DNA of 64,000 nucleotides, from the NCBI GenBank assembly GCA_051971635.1, contig JBFPLN010000003.1, positions 320,001 to 384,000 of the forward strand, given 5' to 3'. Position 1 is the stretch's first letter. Each line of letters opens with the position of its first letter. The position numbers and the translations under genes are program-made. The stretch is from Candidatus Atelocyanobacterium thalassae. GTDB taxonomy: Bacteria > Cyanobacteriota > Cyanobacteriia > Cyanobacteriales > Microcystaceae. The notes below the pieces were generated by a model. It did not search any database and had not been told where the DNA came from. It saw only the letters and a list, made by a program, of their open reading frames with translations. This document shows, one piece after another, positions 1 to 12,857 of this stretch.

Positions 1-233
1 TAATTAGCAAAAATGATTTGATTAGAAATATAATCTTCTTATGTTAAAAAAAAGAGCTCAATATTTTACCTAATGTTCAATTATTTAAATATTATTCTAG
101 ACTTCACGCCAAGATATTTTTTCAAATATTTTGCTATTAACTTGGATAAATGAGCTTTCAATTGTCATTATAAATAAAACATTAGAACTTTAATGTTTTG
201 AATAATTATTGCTAGAAATAGGTATTTTAATTA

Positions 234-515
234 ATGCTACAAGATCAAATACATCCTCAAGAGCATCGTGATCGCCTTATCATTAATGATTTATTAAACT
301 CTCAGCCTGATGATTATAAATTAGCTGAATTAGCAAGGCTATTAATTCGTTATCAAAATTTTCCAGGAGCTCGAAAAGCTTATCAGGATTTGGACAAAAT
401 CTTAGTTTCTTGGAATCTAACACAAGAAGAATTATTCATAAAAACTCGTGAAATTCATAATAATAGAAACCTTCATTTAAGCTCATCAGATCCTGAGACT
501 CAGGATTGGACTTGA
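234..515 (+). CDS. DUF3288-family cyanobacterial conserved protein
   Basis: 93 aa ORF; QHPQ..DR..LAELARL.IRYQNFPGA pattern recalled from DUF3288 proteins. Confidence 0.75.
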   Translation: MLQDQIHPQEHRDRLIINDLLNSQPDDYKLAELARLLIRYQNFPGARKAYQDLDKILVSWNLTQEELFIKTREIHNNRNLHLSSSDPETQDWT

Positions 516-794
516 TCTTTTATCAGTATCTAGATTCTAAGATACATCCTAATATAATTATATTTCTCTTGACAATACAATAAATGTAAGATTGTTTAAT
601 AGCAATTTTACAGATAGTGGTTGGTTAGATAAAAAACGTTATTAACATATATGTAGAATAGCTTTTACGATACTCAATGATAATATCTTTTTAAGGATAT
701 TAATAACCTGAGTTTAAACTAAGTAAACCTAAACTATTTTATGAAATATATAAGAAAGACAGTACTAATTTGTAAAAAGCCTAAAAAATAAAAG

Positions 795-819
795 CATATC
801 TAAACCTTGCTTAGATATG
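795..819. terminator. Hairpin just downstream of crtR
   Basis: CATATCTAA (795-803) / TTAGATATG (811-819) inverted repeat; U-rich tail on the minus strand. Confidence 0.5.
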
Positions 820-842
820 TTTAGTTTCCCAAATTAAATTAC

Positions 843-1712
843 TTAATGAAATCGAACCCCAAGGAAAATATCGTAAAGAAAATCTAAAAAATTTCTACCT
901 TTAAGTAAATCTAGAGACTGCTCACATTTTTTTTCATCTAGTAATTGCTTAGTTGCATAATAAACTGGCTCATATCTATACCATGGAATCGATGGCCATA
1001 AGTGGTGAACTAAATGATAATTCTGTCCAAAAATTAAAAAATTAAGAATTTTACTTGGATATACTCTGGCATTCTTCCAACGATTGCGCTCCAAGAAAGG
1101 TCGATGAGGTAAGTAGTCAAAAAATAACCCTAAGGCTACTCCTACTACTAATGCTGGTACAAACCAAAAATTCATTACATAATTAATGAATCCATACTCT
1201 ATGCCCAAGATAACAACAGATACTAAAATCAATCTACTTAAAAACCATTCTAATATTTCATTCTTAATCCACAAGCGACGTTTGAAAAAGAATATTTCAT
1301 GATAAAAAAAGCGTGCTGCTATCATCCATAAAGGGCCTCCTGTTGATACAAAATGATCAGGATCATTTTCAGGATCATTAACATGAGCATGATGTTGCAA
1401 ATGTACTCTAGTAAAAACAGGAAAAGCAAAACCTAACATTAATGCACTGCCGTGACCTAGAATTGCGTTAAAAATTCGGTTTGGATGAGCTGCATTATGC
1501 GAAGCATCATGAATAACTGTACCAGAGAGATGAAGAGCAATAACGTTACAACTAAAACATATCCAATCTCTCCAATCCCATAAGTAATGTCCACAAGTCG
1601 AAGAAAAAATTAAAAATAAAGCAACTAGGAACATGACTACATTGGGGTTAAACCCGCCAGGAGTCTTAAGAAATTCTTTAGGAAATGTTTGCAGCGTTTC
1701 CACTGACTGCAT
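843..1712 (-). CDS. crtR: Beta-carotene hydroxylase (fatty-acid-desaturase superfamily)
   Basis: His boxes HDASH, HLQHH, HLVHH; DPDHFVSTGGPLW and FFDYLPHRPF motifs. Confidence 0.92.
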   Translation of the reverse strand: MQSVETLQTFPKEFLKTPGGFNPNVVMFLVALFLIFSSTCGHYLWDWRDWICFSCNVIALHLSGTVIHDASHNAAHPNRIFNAILGHGSALMLGFAFPVFTRVHLQHHAHVNDPENDPDHFVSTGGPLWMIAARFFYHEIFFFKRRLWIKNEILEWFLSRLILVSVVILGIEYGFINYVMNFWFVPALVVGVALGLFFDYLPHRPFLERNRWKNARVYPSKILNFLIFGQNYHLVHHLWPSIPWYRYEPVYYATKQLLDEKKCEQSLDLLKGRNFLDFLYDIFLGVRFH

Positions 1713-2006
1713 GATTATTTTGTACCTCTTCCTTAATATTATTCATCAACACTATCAAGTCTACATGATAATGTAAATTTAACAAAGTTTAATAATTTAT
1801 CTTGCTTTTAGGATTAAAAACTTATATGAGATGAAAGAAATAAAATAGTACTTTACTTTAAAAAGAAACAAAAAATACTAGTTACGATTTTATTTGCAAA
1901 ACTAAAATAAAATTTTTAAGATAGTTTAGAAAATCATACTTTCTTATCTTGATAGAATCAAGATAAGCTAACATATGTCATATATAGAAGGATGCTATAA
2001 AATTTA

Positions 2007-3377
2007 ATGGCGACAGCTTATGTTATTGGATTAGGAAAGTCAGGAATTGCCGCTGCAAGATGTCTTAGGCAAGAAGGATGGAAAATAATTATCAGTGATT
2101 CTGGAACTTCTTGTGAGCTACTAGAATTACAAGAGAAATTAAAACTAGAAGACATCACTGTTAAACTACTTCACAAACCAAATTTTCGAACTTCTTTTTT
2201 ACCAGAGTTAGTCGTAGTTAGTCCAGGAGTGCCATGGGATATTCCTTTTTTAGTTGAAGCGCGTCTTCGTGGGATTAGCACAATTGGTGAACTAGAATTA
2301 TCCTGGCGATATCTTAATTTTCTTCCTTGGCTAGCTATTACTGGTACTAATGGCAAAACTACGACTACAAGATTAATTGAGGCAATTTTTAAAAAGTCTT
2401 TATTTAATGCTGTTGCTTGCGGGAATGTTGGATACGCAGCCTCTGAAATAGCTTTATCCAAGCTGAAGCATCAAAATACCTTTAATCGTGATTGGATTAT
2501 TACAGAGATTAGTAGTTATCAATGTGAATCTTCTCAAACGATAAGACCTACAATTGGTATTTGGACAAGTTTTACTCCCGATCATTTAAGTCGTCATAAA
2601 ACCTTAGATAATTACTATTCCATAAAAGCTTCTCTAATCAAAAATTGTAAATATCAAATCTTAAACAATGATGATTACTATTTATACAGTAAAAGTTCTT
2701 CTAGCTGGCCCAATGCTTATTGGATAACTACTAAAGGAAAAGAAAATTTACCTTGCGATCCACTTAGAGGAGTGTATGTCGAAGATGGTTGGATTGTTGC
2801 GTTTAAAGAGATAATGTTTCCAATAAATTTATTTAAAATTCCAGGCTTACATAACAAACAAAATCTTTTAATGGCCGTTGCAGCTGCCAAGATCGCTGGG
2901 ATTGATAAGAAGACTATTTCTTTGGCTACCAAAGATTTTGATGGTGTTCCTCATCGTTTAGAACATGCTATTACTATTGATAATGTTCAATTCATAAATG
3001 ACAGTAAAGCAACTAATTATGATGCTGCTGCAATGGGTTTAAGCTCGGTAAGAGAGCCTGTTATCCTAATTGCAGGAGGGAAATTAAAAGAGGGAAATAA
3101 TAGTCAATGGATTACACTTATAAAATCACAAGTTGCTAAGGTGTTGCTAATTGGTGAATCTTCATATGTGATTGCAGAATATCTCCAAAATGCTAATTAT
3201 TATGATTACGAAATTGTTCGAGAAATGGATATAGCAGTGAAAAGAAGCTTCGTTTTAAGTAAAAAACTAAGCGCTAGGGTAGTGCTTTTATCTCCAGCCT
3301 GTGCCAGTTTTGATCAGTATAAAAATTTTGAAGATAGAGGAAATCATTTTAAAAATCTATGTAAGAATCTTGCCTGA
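2007..3377 (+). CDS. murD: UDP-N-acetylmuramoyl-L-alanine--D-glutamate ligase
   Basis: GLGKSG, VVSPGVP, ITGTNGKTTT, NDSKATN, LLSPACASFDQY motifs. Confidence 0.96.
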   Translation: MATAYVIGLGKSGIAAARCLRQEGWKIIISDSGTSCELLELQEKLKLEDITVKLLHKPNFRTSFLPELVVVSPGVPWDIPFLVEARLRGISTIGELELSWRYLNFLPWLAITGTNGKTTTTRLIEAIFKKSLFNAVACGNVGYAASEIALSKLKHQNTFNRDWIITEISSYQCESSQTIRPTIGIWTSFTPDHLSRHKTLDNYYSIKASLIKNCKYQILNNDDYYLYSKSSSSWPNAYWITTKGKENLPCDPLRGVYVEDGWIVAFKEIMFPINLFKIPGLHNKQNLLMAVAAAKIAGIDKKTISLATKDFDGVPHRLEHAITIDNVQFINDSKATNYDAAAMGLSSVREPVILIAGGKLKEGNNSQWITLIKSQVAKVLLIGESSYVIAEYLQNANYYDYEIVREMDIAVKRSFVLSKKLSARVVLLSPACASFDQYKNFEDRGNHFKNLCKNLA

Positions 3378-3859
3378 GAAAAGACCTTTATAAATATTAA
3401 TATTGTAGATACAAATATGTTGATCTTAAGTGTGCATTCAGATAACTTTATTTACTAGAAATGTTTTAATTTCCATAGTATATTATCAATTATAGAAACT
3501 AGATTACGATTAATTAATAATTTTTTTTGTAATTTTTTTAACATATGAAAATATAAGATATTTTATGTTACGAAGAATAACTCTAAATGTACTATTTGGC
3601 TAGAAAAGATTTATCTTTTTATAAAGTCATTGTTGTAGATTATTGAATAATATAAATTCATCTCTTAGATACTTGTACTATGTTCTATTCTTAATCAACT
3701 AAGTAGATATTTTGTATTTCCTACTCATAGTTATTTTTGTGTTAAGGTACTAGTGAATAATAAAAAAAATTGTATTAAATTTATCTAGGAAGATTTTTTT
3801 ATCAATTTGTTAAAAGCGTTTTTTTTTTAAGCTACCCTGTTAATGGAGTTAATATCCCT

Positions 3860-6421
3860 ATGACAATCCCTCAGGATCGAATTATTCCAACAGATTTAAG
3901 TAATGAGATGTCTCGTTCTTATTTAGAATATGCAATGAGTGTAATTGTAGGACGAGCTTTACCTGATGCAAGGGATGGTTTGAAACCTGTTCACAGACGT
4001 ATCCTATACGCTATGTACGAACTAGGGCTAGTTCCAGAGCGACCTTTTCGTAAATGTGCTCGTGTTGTAGGAGAAGTCCTAGGGAAATATCATCCTCATG
4101 GGGATACAGCTGTTTATGATGCTTTAGTACGTATGGCTCAAAATTTCTCTATGCGTAGTCCTCTTGTTAATGGACATGGCAATTTTGGGTCTATCGATAA
4201 TGATCCTCCTGCTGCTATGCGTTACACAGAATGTCGTTTAAGAGAATTATCAACTGACGCTTTATTACGTGATATAGAATCTGAGACTGTAGACTTTGTA
4301 GATAGTTTTGATGGCTCACAACAGGAACCAGTTGTCCTTCCTGCTAGAATTCCACAATTACTTCTTAATGGTTCCTCTGGTATTGCTGTGGGCATGGCAA
4401 CTAATATACCTCCACATAATTTAGGAGAATTAATTGATGGGACCATTGCTTTAATACATGATCCAGAATTAGATGATAAGGATCTCATTAAAATAATTCC
4501 TGGACCTGATTTTCCTACAGGAGGACAAATATTAGGCCGTTCAGGTATTCATGAGGCTTATATGACAGGTCGTGGTTCTATCACAATGAGAGGAGTTGCG
4601 CAAATAGAAACATTAGAGTATCAAGGACGCTCTAATAGAGAAGCAATAATAATTACGCAATTACCATATCAAACAAATAAGTCCGCTTTGATTGAACGTA
4701 TAGCTGATATGGTTAATGACAAACGTATTGATGGAATCTCTGATATCCGAGACGAAAGTGACCGTGAAGGGATGCGTATTGTTATTGAGTTAAAAAGAGA
4801 TGCCCATCCAAGAGTAATTCTTAATAATATCTATAAGCAAACTCCCGTCCAAATAAATTTTGGAGCTAATATGTTAGCTTTGGTGAAAGGAGAACCACAG
4901 CTTTTAACTCTAAAGCATTTTCTTACTGTCTTTATTGACTTTCGAGTTAAAACTATTACTCGACGCTCTAAGTATGAGCTTAGAAAAACTGAAGAGAGAA
5001 ATCATTTACTAAAGGGACTTCTAGTTGCGTTAGATAATCTTGATTATATTATCTCTATTGTCCGCAGTGCAGCTGATTCAGTAACTGCGAAGAAAAATTT
5101 AACAAGTCAATTTGAACTTTCTGATACTCAAGCAGATGCTATTTTGCAGATGCAGCTACGCCGTCTTACTGCTTTAGAAGCAGAAAAAATACATGCTGAA
5201 CATCAAGAATTACAAATAAAAATTGCTAACCTAAGTGATATCTTATCTAAAAAAGAACGCATAGAAGCCATTATAGAAGAAGAATTAATTCAAATTAAAA
5301 ATACTTATAGTACTCCAAGATGTACAGAAATTATCCATGATGAAGGAGAAATTGTAGATACTGACCTTATCGCTAATGAACAAGCTATTATACTTCTTAC
5401 TGAACAAGGGTACATAAAAAGAATGCCTGTTAGTTCTTTTGATGCACAACAACGAGCAACAAGGGGAAAAGCTGCGGCAAAAATAAAAGAGAATGATGTA
5501 GTAGAGCATTTTTTGACTTGCTGTGATCATGATGTAGTACTTCTTTTTAGCGATAGAGGGGTTGTTTACGCTACTAAAGCTTATCAAATTCCATCTTTTT
5601 CTAGAACATCCAGAGGAATACCGATTGTACAAATGCTGCCTATTTCCAAAGATGAAAAAATAACTTCCATTGTTGCGGTTAGTGAATTTAGAGAAGATGT
5701 TTTTCTAGTTATGCTGACTCGTCAAGGGTACATCAAGAAGACTGCCCTTGCTGCTTTTAGGAACATAAGAACTAATGGATTGATTGCTATTTCACTTGAG
5801 AAGGGAGATCAGTTAAGGTGGGTAAGGTTGACCAGAGAAGAAGATAGTATAATTCTTGGTACTCGTCTAGGAATGGCTATTCATTTCCATGCAGATCATC
5901 AGCAATTACGACCTCTTGGTAGAGCCACAAGAGGTGTTAAATCTATGAAATTAAAGAAAAAGGATGAACTAATTAGCATGGATATTCTACTTTCTCAAGT
6001 AACTTTAGGGATAGAAAATTCTCAAGAAAACGAAGATATTTTAGAAGTAGAAGAACTGATTGAGGAAGGGACTAGTATAGGACCATGGATTTTGGCTATT
6101 ACTAATGGAGGATATGGAAAAAGAATTCCTATTACTCAATTTCGTCTACAGCGTCGTGCTGGCATGGGAGTAAGAGCAATTAAATTTAAATCGAATAAAG
6201 ATCATTTAGCATCACTTCGTGTTGTCAATTCAGAAGATGAGCTAATGATTGTTTCCAATCGGGGTATTATCATTAGGCAAGTTGTAGAAGCTATTTCTTT
6301 ACAATCTCGTTCTGCCACAGGGGTTAGGGTACAACGGTTAGATGAAGACGATGCTATTGCTGCAGTTGCCCTTGTCCCTCCTGCCCCTGAAGCAAAAGAA
6401 GAGAATGAAGAAATTAAATAA
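3860..6421 (+). CDS. gyrA: DNA gyrase subunit A
   Basis: [28 protein letters not shown] catalytic Tyr, GyrA-box-like QQRATRG, C-terminal pinwheel repeats. Confidence 0.95.
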   Translation: MTIPQDRIIPTDLSNEMSRSYLEYAMSVIVGRALPDARDGLKPVHRRILYAMYELGLVPERPFRKCARVVGEVLGKYHPHGDTAVYDALVRMAQNFSMRSPLVNGHGNFGSIDNDPPAAMRYTECRLRELSTDALLRDIESETVDFVDSFDGSQQEPVVLPARIPQLLLNGSSGIAVGMATNIPPHNLGELIDGTIALIHDPELDDKDLIKIIPGPDFPTGGQILGRSGIHEAYMTGRGSITMRGVAQIETLEYQGRSNREAIIITQLPYQTNKSALIERIADMVNDKRIDGISDIRDESDREGMRIVIELKRDAHPRVILNNIYKQTPVQINFGANMLALVKGEPQLLTLKHFLTVFIDFRVKTITRRSKYELRKTEERNHLLKGLLVALDNLDYIISIVRSAADSVTAKKNLTSQFELSDTQADAILQMQLRRLTALEAEKIHAEHQELQIKIANLSDILSKKERIEAIIEEELIQIKNTYSTPRCTEIIHDEGEIVDTDLIANEQAIILLTEQGYIKRMPVSSFDAQQRATRGKAAAKIKENDVVEHFLTCCDHDVVLLFSDRGVVYATKAYQIPSFSRTSRGIPIVQMLPISKDEKITSIVAVSEFREDVFLVMLTRQGYIKKTALAAFRNIRTNGLIAISLEKGDQLRWVRLTREEDSIILGTRLGMAIHFHADHQQLRPLGRATRGVKSMKLKKKDELISMDILLSQVTLGIENSQENEDILEVEELIEEGTSIGPWILAITNGGYGKRIPITQFRLQRRAGMGVRAIKFKSNKDHLASLRVVNSEDELMIVSNRGIIIRQVVEAISLQSRSATGVRVQRLDEDDAIAAVALVPPAPEAKEENEEIK

Positions 6422-6456
6422 TAGATTAGATATTTTAAAAGTTCGTGAGCGATTAA

Positions 6457-8430
6457 TTAATCAGAAATAGCTTTATGTTTTGATAAAGGTTGATTTAATA
6501 GCTGGCGAAATTCTTCTCCTTCAATAGTTTCTTGATCAATTAGTACATCAACTAAGTGATCGACTAGTATACGATTATCAGAAATAATTTTTTCAGCTTT
6601 TTGATAGCAACACTTGACTATGGAACGAACCTGCAAATCAATTTTTTCTGCTACTCCTTCAGAGTATTCAGACTGAACAACATTATCAAAACCAAAAGAA
6701 CTTTTATCATCTTTTTCTAACGCTACTAATCCTAATTCTGACATTCCGAAACGAGTCACCATTTGTCTAGCAAGATAAGTTACTTTTTCAAGATCATTAC
6801 CTGCCCCTGTAGTTACTTCATCTTGACCAAAAACTACTTCTTCTGCTACACGTCCTCCTAATAAGCCAGATATTCTAGCTAATATTTGATTACGAGTAAT
6901 TAATGCAGATTCTTCTTCGGGAGTAAACCAAGTCAATCCTTTTGCTTGTCCTCTAGGAATTAAAGTAACTTTTTCTACAGATTCATGCTCAGGAATTATT
7001 GTTCCGACTAAAGCATGTCCAATTTCATGGTAGGCAATTAACCTTTTGCTTTTACTATCAATTAAAGGTGCTCCTTCCATTCCAGCAACAACTCTATCTA
7101 TAGCATCATAAATTTCTGTCATGGAGATACTTTTCTTTCTTCTTCTAGCTGTAAAAATTGCAGCTTCATTTAAAAGGTTAGCCAGGTCAGCCCCTGTAAA
7201 GCCTGGGGTACGTCTAGCAATTGTTTCTAAAGAAACATTTTCGCTAATTTTTTTATCCCGTGAATGAACTTCAAGAATTCCTTGCCTTCCTTTAAGATCA
7301 GGATAATCAACGATGACTTGTCTATCAAAACGTCCAGGTCTTGATAATGCCATATCCAAAACATCGGGACGATTAGTAGCAGCAATTAAAATTATTCCTG
7401 AATTACCTTCAAAACCATCCATTTCTGTTAATAATTGATTAAGGGTTTGTTCCCTTTCGTCATTACCACCACCATAGCCAACACCTCTTTGACGACCGAC
7501 AGCATCTATTTCATCAATGAATATTAAACAGGGAGTATTCTCTTTCGCTTTTTTAAATAAATCCCGAACACGAGAAGCACCGACTCCGACAAACATTTCC
7601 ACAAACTCTGAACCGGAAATACTAAAAAAAGGTACTCCAGCCTCTCCAGCTATTGCTTTAGCTAAAAGAGTCTTACCAGTTCCTGGAGGACCAACTAACA
7701 ATACTCCTTTAGGAATTTTTGCTCCAATGGCAGTAAATTTCTCTGGTTCTTTGAGAAAAGTTACAATTTCTTGTAACTCTTCTTTTGCTTCATCAATGCC
7801 AGCTACATCTTCAAAAGATATGCCTGTACTTGCTTCCATCTGGAAGCGAGCTTTAGATTTACTAAAATTAGTTGTTTGGCCTGAAATATTTGTGGATCTT
7901 CTAACGATAGTAATAACAATTACTAATATTAAAAGTAAAATTGGAACTTGGAGAAGTAAACGTACTGCAGTGGAATTATCAGATGATGGACTATAATTGA
8001 TTTTTACATTATTAGCTTTTAAACTTTGAATTAGTTCAGGATTTTCTTCAAATAGAGTAACTTGCTTGATTACATCATTATTGTTGAAATTAACTTGTGC
8101 TTTTTGTAATCTAGGATCAATTTCAACTAAATTAATATTGCCTGATTCAATATCTTCAAGTAATTCACTATAACTATAGGAATCTTGTTTCTCTTGCCCA
8201 AAACATGGAGAACATGACAATAACAAATTAAGTAAGATCCCAGTAGCTATCAAACTGTTCGTTTTTTTTAGCTTAGGTTTATGAGTCTGTAAACATGCTA
8301 TGTCTTTTTTATGCATTGTATTTAATTTATATTTTGATATTGATAAAAGGGGGAAATACTTCATATTTATCAGCTTAAAGAAGTTTTTCTTATTATGAAC
8401 GATGAAATAGTATTCTTGTCTAAAATTCAA
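6457..8430 (-). CDS. ftsH: ATP-dependent zinc metalloprotease FtsH (FtsH1/2-like); true start probably the ATG at 8364 or 8316
   Basis: Two TM segments, Walker [20 protein letters not shown] region, HEIGH zinc motif. Confidence 0.95.
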   Translation of the reverse strand: MNFRQEYYFIVHNKKNFFKLINMKYFPLLSISKYKLNTMHKKDIACLQTHKPKLKKTNSLIATGILLNLLLSCSPCFGQEKQDSYSYSELLEDIESGNINLVEIDPRLQKAQVNFNNNDVIKQVTLFEENPELIQSLKANNVKINYSPSSDNSTAVRLLLQVPILLLILVIVITIVRRSTNISGQTTNFSKSKARFQMEASTGISFEDVAGIDEAKEELQEIVTFLKEPEKFTAIGAKIPKGVLLVGPPGTGKTLLAKAIAGEAGVPFFSISGSEFVEMFVGVGASRVRDLFKKAKENTPCLIFIDEIDAVGRQRGVGYGGGNDEREQTLNQLLTEMDGFEGNSGIILIAATNRPDVLDMALSRPGRFDRQVIVDYPDLKGRQGILEVHSRDKKISENVSLETIARRTPGFTGADLANLLNEAAIFTARRRKKSISMTEIYDAIDRVVAGMEGAPLIDSKSKRLIAYHEIGHALVGTIIPEHESVEKVTLIPRGQAKGLTWFTPEEESALITRNQILARISGLLGGRVAEEVVFGQDEVTTGAGNDLEKVTYLARQMVTRFGMSELGLVALEKDDKSSFGFDNVVQSEYSEGVAEKIDLQVRSIVKCCYQKAEKIISDNRILVDHLVDVLIDQETIEGEEFRQLLNQPLSKHKAISD

Positions 8431-8442
8431 AAAACGATTTAT

Positions 8443-10140
8443 CTATGGTTTTGACTTATGATTCGTCGTTTTTTTTAAATAATCACTGCTAATTAAACTA
8501 TTTCCAATTCCCTGTAAAATTCCTTTACCTACTAATCCAATACTACGGCCAACTATTTGGGTTAGGAGATAAACTATGGCATTCCCAGATGTTTTTAATA
8601 GAGAGCTTAAAGGTAATGCTATAGCATCTCTAATTTCTAAAATAATTGTAACAGACCAGCGTATTCTACTTAATTTGTTAAGCTCTTCTTGCCTAGGTGC
8701 ATAAACAAACATAAAATTTATTCCTTTGTCATCTAAGAAAAAGAGTTGATGTTGACTTTCAAAGATATTTTTAGGCTCTTGCCAATACTCATTTTTTCTA
8801 TATTCCCATGCTAGTCGATTTCTAAATTTTGCTAATTCTCTAGTTGAAATCATATTTGTATGAAATAAATTTTCTTTAACTTTTTCATTGTTCGAAAAAT
8901 CGTTTAATATTAACGCTATAATTCCGTTTGAAACTTGTATTATAGCGTTATGTAAAGCTTTTTCTATTTTCTCTGTTAAACTTATAGTTGTATTTAGTAT
9001 TAAAACTTGCTCTTCTATCCAAACATCTTTTAATAACAAATAATCTAACAATTCTAAACAAAAGGGTATCTTATTCAATATTTCTATAGATACTAAAGAT
9101 TCATTATCTTCAATAATTTGTTCAAGTTCTTTTAAAGAAATATTCTTAGGAAGCTCACAGTATTTTTCAATAAAAATTAAAGAAGATTCTCTCCATAATT
9201 TTTGCAAAACTGACAAGCTATTTCTGATGATTCTTTTATTCTCTACCTCAAGAAAATTCATATCCTCTATAATCCGATAAAAATGTTTAGTAACTATTTT
9301 TAAAAGTTCTTTTCTTTTATTATTTTCCAATATGTCGATTTCTAAATAGATGTTGGTAAAGTTGTTAGTATTTCTTTCAATTTTTTCAAGGACTCGATTA
9401 AAGATTATTAAACTGTTGACAGGTTGATTTGAACTATTCGCAATCCAAAAATTTTTCAAGAATGGATTGTTTCTAATTTGATGATTTAATTTATCAGACT
9501 CTATATTAAGAATATTTCTATTAAGCGATCTCTCTAATAGCCAAGAAACTGCTAAAATCTCTCTTTTTTTCCCCTTCCAAAAAAAAGTATTTAATTTGGA
9601 TGCTGAAGATTCCTTTAAAACTTTATCAATGTAAACTAGATTGTTTTTAGTAAATTTAATACTATTTTTTTGAATGTAAGATATCCAATTATTTTTTACT
9701 ATTTTAGGAATATATTTAACAAACTGATTATTTGAAGAAGTCGATCTATATAAAAATTTATTTTGAATTATTTCTTCTAGATTATTTATTAATATATCAA
9801 TTTCAGTATTTTTATCAAAATACCCCTGAATACCTATTTTTTGAAATTCTTTTTCTTCTTTAGTACTAAAATAACGGCTTAAACAACATAATCTAATATC
9901 TGGATACTGTTTTCTAACTTGTATACAAAATTTTTTAATTGCTAAGAAGCTATTGAATAAATTAGGTTCAAAAATAACTATATCAGGTGAAATAGTTGAT
10001 AATTTTAGAAAAGTATCAGTTAAATTATCAGTCTGATGAATTATTTTACATCGAGAACTTTCACTTAAGGCTGTTGCTAAGCCTAAAAGAAAAATTTGAT
10101 CTGTATCTAGAATCAGTATAGAAATAGAGCTATCACTCAC
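8443..10140 (-). CDS. Ycf55-like protein: N-terminal (pseudo)receiver domain plus DUF3685
   Basis: Receiver-like N-terminus (ILILDTDQIFLLGL); C-terminal STRELAKFRN, PKNIFES, VYAPRQEEL, GRSIGLVGKGILQGIG typical of DUF3685/Ycf55. Confidence 0.8.
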   Translation of the reverse strand: MSDSSISILILDTDQIFLLGLATALSESSRCKIIHQTDNLTDTFLKLSTISPDIVIFEPNLFNSFLAIKKFCIQVRKQYPDIRLCCLSRYFSTKEEKEFQKIGIQGYFDKNTEIDILINNLEEIIQNKFLYRSTSSNNQFVKYIPKIVKNNWISYIQKNSIKFTKNNLVYIDKVLKESSASKLNTFFWKGKKREILAVSWLLERSLNRNILNIESDKLNHQIRNNPFLKNFWIANSSNQPVNSLIIFNRVLEKIERNTNNFTNIYLEIDILENNKRKELLKIVTKHFYRIIEDMNFLEVENKRIIRNSLSVLQKLWRESSLIFIEKYCELPKNISLKELEQIIEDNESLVSIEILNKIPFCLELLDYLLLKDVWIEEQVLILNTTISLTEKIEKALHNAIIQVSNGIIALILNDFSNNEKVKENLFHTNMISTRELAKFRNRLAWEYRKNEYWQEPKNIFESQHQLFFLDDKGINFMFVYAPRQEELNKLSRIRWSVTIILEIRDAIALPLSSLLKTSGNAIVYLLTQIVGRSIGLVGKGILQGIGNSLISSDYLKKTTNHKSKP

Positions 10141-10537
10141 AATTTTAAAGGTGAAGGCTAACGAAGTTAATAATTTAGATCAGCTTTATTGTAGACATTT
10201 ATATGCAAATAAATCAACATAACAGTTATCCATTAGAATTTATTTTTTCTATATTCACCATACAATCTTATAAAAAGTAAACATAAAAATCTACTTAATT
10301 ATGTTATGTTTCTTGGATATAAATTAATACTTGGATACTCATAATATCAATTTTTTGTAACTCTATTAAATTAAACTTGATATCTATCAAAGTATGTTAA
10401 AAAACAATATAATCATTTGCTTTGTAAAAAAAATAATTTGATGCAATCTTTAAAAATTTTATGGCGTGATAGCAATACTAGTCTATAGCTTAAATTAGAA
10501 CTTATCCACTACATTGACATTGAAACGTTGTAAATCG

Positions 10538-11497
10538 TTATTTGTTTTTCTCCTCTTCAATTTTACTCAATGCCATTAGATTCTCAATGGTTGTGCAATG
10601 ATTATCTACCCCAAAATCAAAAGGTATCATAGTCTCCTTATAGGTAAAATGACGATAGTTCATAGAGAAATAATCCCAGGCTTCCATACGTAATCGAAAG
10701 ATTTTAATAAATACATTTGCTAAAGCAATTGACAATGGAATTCGAAAATAAATACGTTTATTGAAGTACTTACATATCCTTTCTACAGCTTCATTTACAG
10801 TAGTCTTTTTATTGCCTAGAACAATATCTTTATTTGTCGTAGCTAAAGATGGATTTTGAATTATATATCTAATAATTTGAGCAATATCTTTTGCGTGGAT
10901 ATAGTGAAAGCTTCCATCTACTTTAAAAAATCGTATTAAGTTTATCCACTTTATGACATCATTGATTCCACCGGATAAATGAGAATATGGCTTATTCTCT
11001 TCCCCTCCAAAGACTAAAGTAGGAAAAACTGTAACAATCTTCTCGTAATTAGATAGTTCTTGTAATCGGACATAACATTGATATTTGGTTCGTACATAAT
11101 TAGTGCCTAAAGTTTTCGCTTCAAGTAGTGGTTTATTACTGCTATTTAGTATGCTTGCTGTAGAAAAATAAATAATTTGCTGACATATTTCAGGATCTAA
11201 CAAGTTTATTAAATCTATAGTTGAACTTACATTAATTTCATAAGATTCTACATCACCTCCCCAACTTGTTGCAGCTAGGATAGCGACATTAACTGTTTTT
11301 AAAAAATTACTTAGTTGATTTATATTTTTTAAATCTTCTTTAATTAAGTATATTCCAGGGCGGCTATGATAATTAAACAATAGCTTATCTGGATTTCTTA
11401 CTAGGAAATAAAGTTCATAATCTGTATGATTAATTAAAATTTCTGCTATGTAGTGTCCTATACATCCACTTGCACCTGTTATGAAAATACGTTTCAT
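10538..11497 (-). CDS. NAD-dependent epimerase/dehydratase family protein
   Basis: N-terminal ITGASGCIG Rossmann motif, YxxxK (YVRTK); lies downstream of hemE as in other cyanobacteria. Confidence 0.85.
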   Translation of the reverse strand: MKRIFITGASGCIGHYIAEILINHTDYELYFLVRNPDKLLFNYHSRPGIYLIKEDLKNINQLSNFLKTVNVAILAATSWGGDVESYEINVSSTIDLINLLDPEICQQIIYFSTASILNSSNKPLLEAKTLGTNYVRTKYQCYVRLQELSNYEKIVTVFPTLVFGGEENKPYSHLSGGINDVIKWINLIRFFKVDGSFHYIHAKDIAQIIRYIIQNPSLATTNKDIVLGNKKTTVNEAVERICKYFNKRIYFRIPLSIALANVFIKIFRLRMEAWDYFSMNYRHFTYKETMIPFDFGVDNHCTTIENLMALSKIEEEKNK

Positions 11498-11523
11498 TAG
11501 TTATTTTTATAATACTTTAAGTA

Positions 11524-11549
11524 ACAGAAAGATTGTGGTATCTTTCTGT
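11524..11549. promoter_or_regulatory. 10-bp hairpin between hemE and the epimerase gene (stability or attenuation element)
   Basis: ACAGAAAGAT / ATCTTTCTGT perfect inverted repeat with 6-nt loop. Confidence 0.4.
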
Positions 11550-11609
11550 CGCCGATATATTGTAACAGACTTTAAAGCGATATCCATGCTGTTGAACTTC
11601 ACAGTTTAA

Positions 11610-12674
11610 TCAGGTAGTGAAAGTTGTTGACTTATCAATTTGTTTGGCTGTTTCGAAGAAAAAACGAACATTATCTTCTGGTGTTCCGACCAATATTCCG
11701 TGGCCTAAATTAAGAATATGCTTGCCTTGGCCAGCTTTCTGCACTGTACTTAAAATACGTTCTTTGATAAATTTTTGAGAACCAAATAATACACCTGGGT
11801 CAATATTGCCTTGTATTATTATATTGTTACTTAAGCGTTGTCTAGCCTCCGCCATATCTATTGTCCAGTCAAGGCTTATAATATCTGCCTTAGAACATTC
11901 CATCTGATTTAGTTTACCTGCACTACCATTAATATAAAGAATGATAGGAGTATCTGGATAAATTTTTTTAACTTGGCGGACTACCTGTTGTTGATAAGGC
12001 AACGCAAAAGATTCATAGTCTTGAGGACTTAGTTGTCCAGCCCATGAATCAAATAATTGTATTATTTGAGCTCCACAGGAAATTTGATAACATGCATAGG
12101 TGGCTATTGCCTTTGCAATTTTACTTAACAGCTGATGAAGAATTTGAGGCTCTGAAAAAGCCATAGCTTTTGTAATAGCATAGTTTTTAGAACTTTTACC
12201 CTCAATAGCATAAGCAGCTAATGTCCAAGGTGAACCAACAAAACCTAAAACAGTAGATTGATTGCCTACTTCTTCTCTTAAGGCCTGTAAAATAATTTTT
12301 ACAAATGACAAAGATTTTTCAGGATTCAGATCATGTAAATTTTCAACTTGTTTTTGTGTACGAATTGCAGGAGAAATTATAGGGCCCTTATTAGCTACGA
12401 TATCAAAAGTAATACCCATACCAGATAAAGGAGTTAGTATGTCTGAGAACATGATTACGCCATCTGGCTGAAAGGCTTGCCAAGGCTGTAAAGAAATTTC
12501 AATAGCAAGGTTAGGATTCTCTGATCTTTCTCGGAAACTAGGGTATTTATCTCGTAGATCTCGGTATACTTTCATATAACGTCCAGCTTGTCTCATCATC
12601 CAGACAGGTGGGCGATCTAAAGTTTCTCCTCGTGCTGCACGAAGAAGATAGGGTGTAATATTAGCTCCTTTCAT
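11610..12674 (-). CDS. hemE: Uroporphyrinogen decarboxylase
   Basis: [36 protein letters not shown]. Confidence 0.97.
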   Translation of the reverse strand: MKGANITPYLLRAARGETLDRPPVWMMRQAGRYMKVYRDLRDKYPSFRERSENPNLAIEISLQPWQAFQPDGVIMFSDILTPLSGMGITFDIVANKGPIISPAIRTQKQVENLHDLNPEKSLSFVKIILQALREEVGNQSTVLGFVGSPWTLAAYAIEGKSSKNYAITKAMAFSEPQILHQLLSKIAKAIATYACYQISCGAQIIQLFDSWAGQLSPQDYESFALPYQQQVVRQVKKIYPDTPIILYINGSAGKLNQMECSKADIISLDWTIDMAEARQRLSNNIIIQGNIDPGVLFGSQKFIKERILSTVQKAGQGKHILNLGHGILVGTPEDNVRFFFETAKQIDKSTTFTT

Positions 12675-12857
12675 ATAGCTTCCAAGGTAATAATTTTGCC
12701 TTTCTAGGCTATCATCAGGTGTAGTTTAGTCATATAGGTTGTAATGAATATTTATTATTTCGTAATTTAGCTGTAGGCCAATATAGCGATGTATAGTATT
12801 TTTCGTTTATATTTTTATAGTTTATTAATATCCCAGAAATAAAAATATTGGAGAGTA

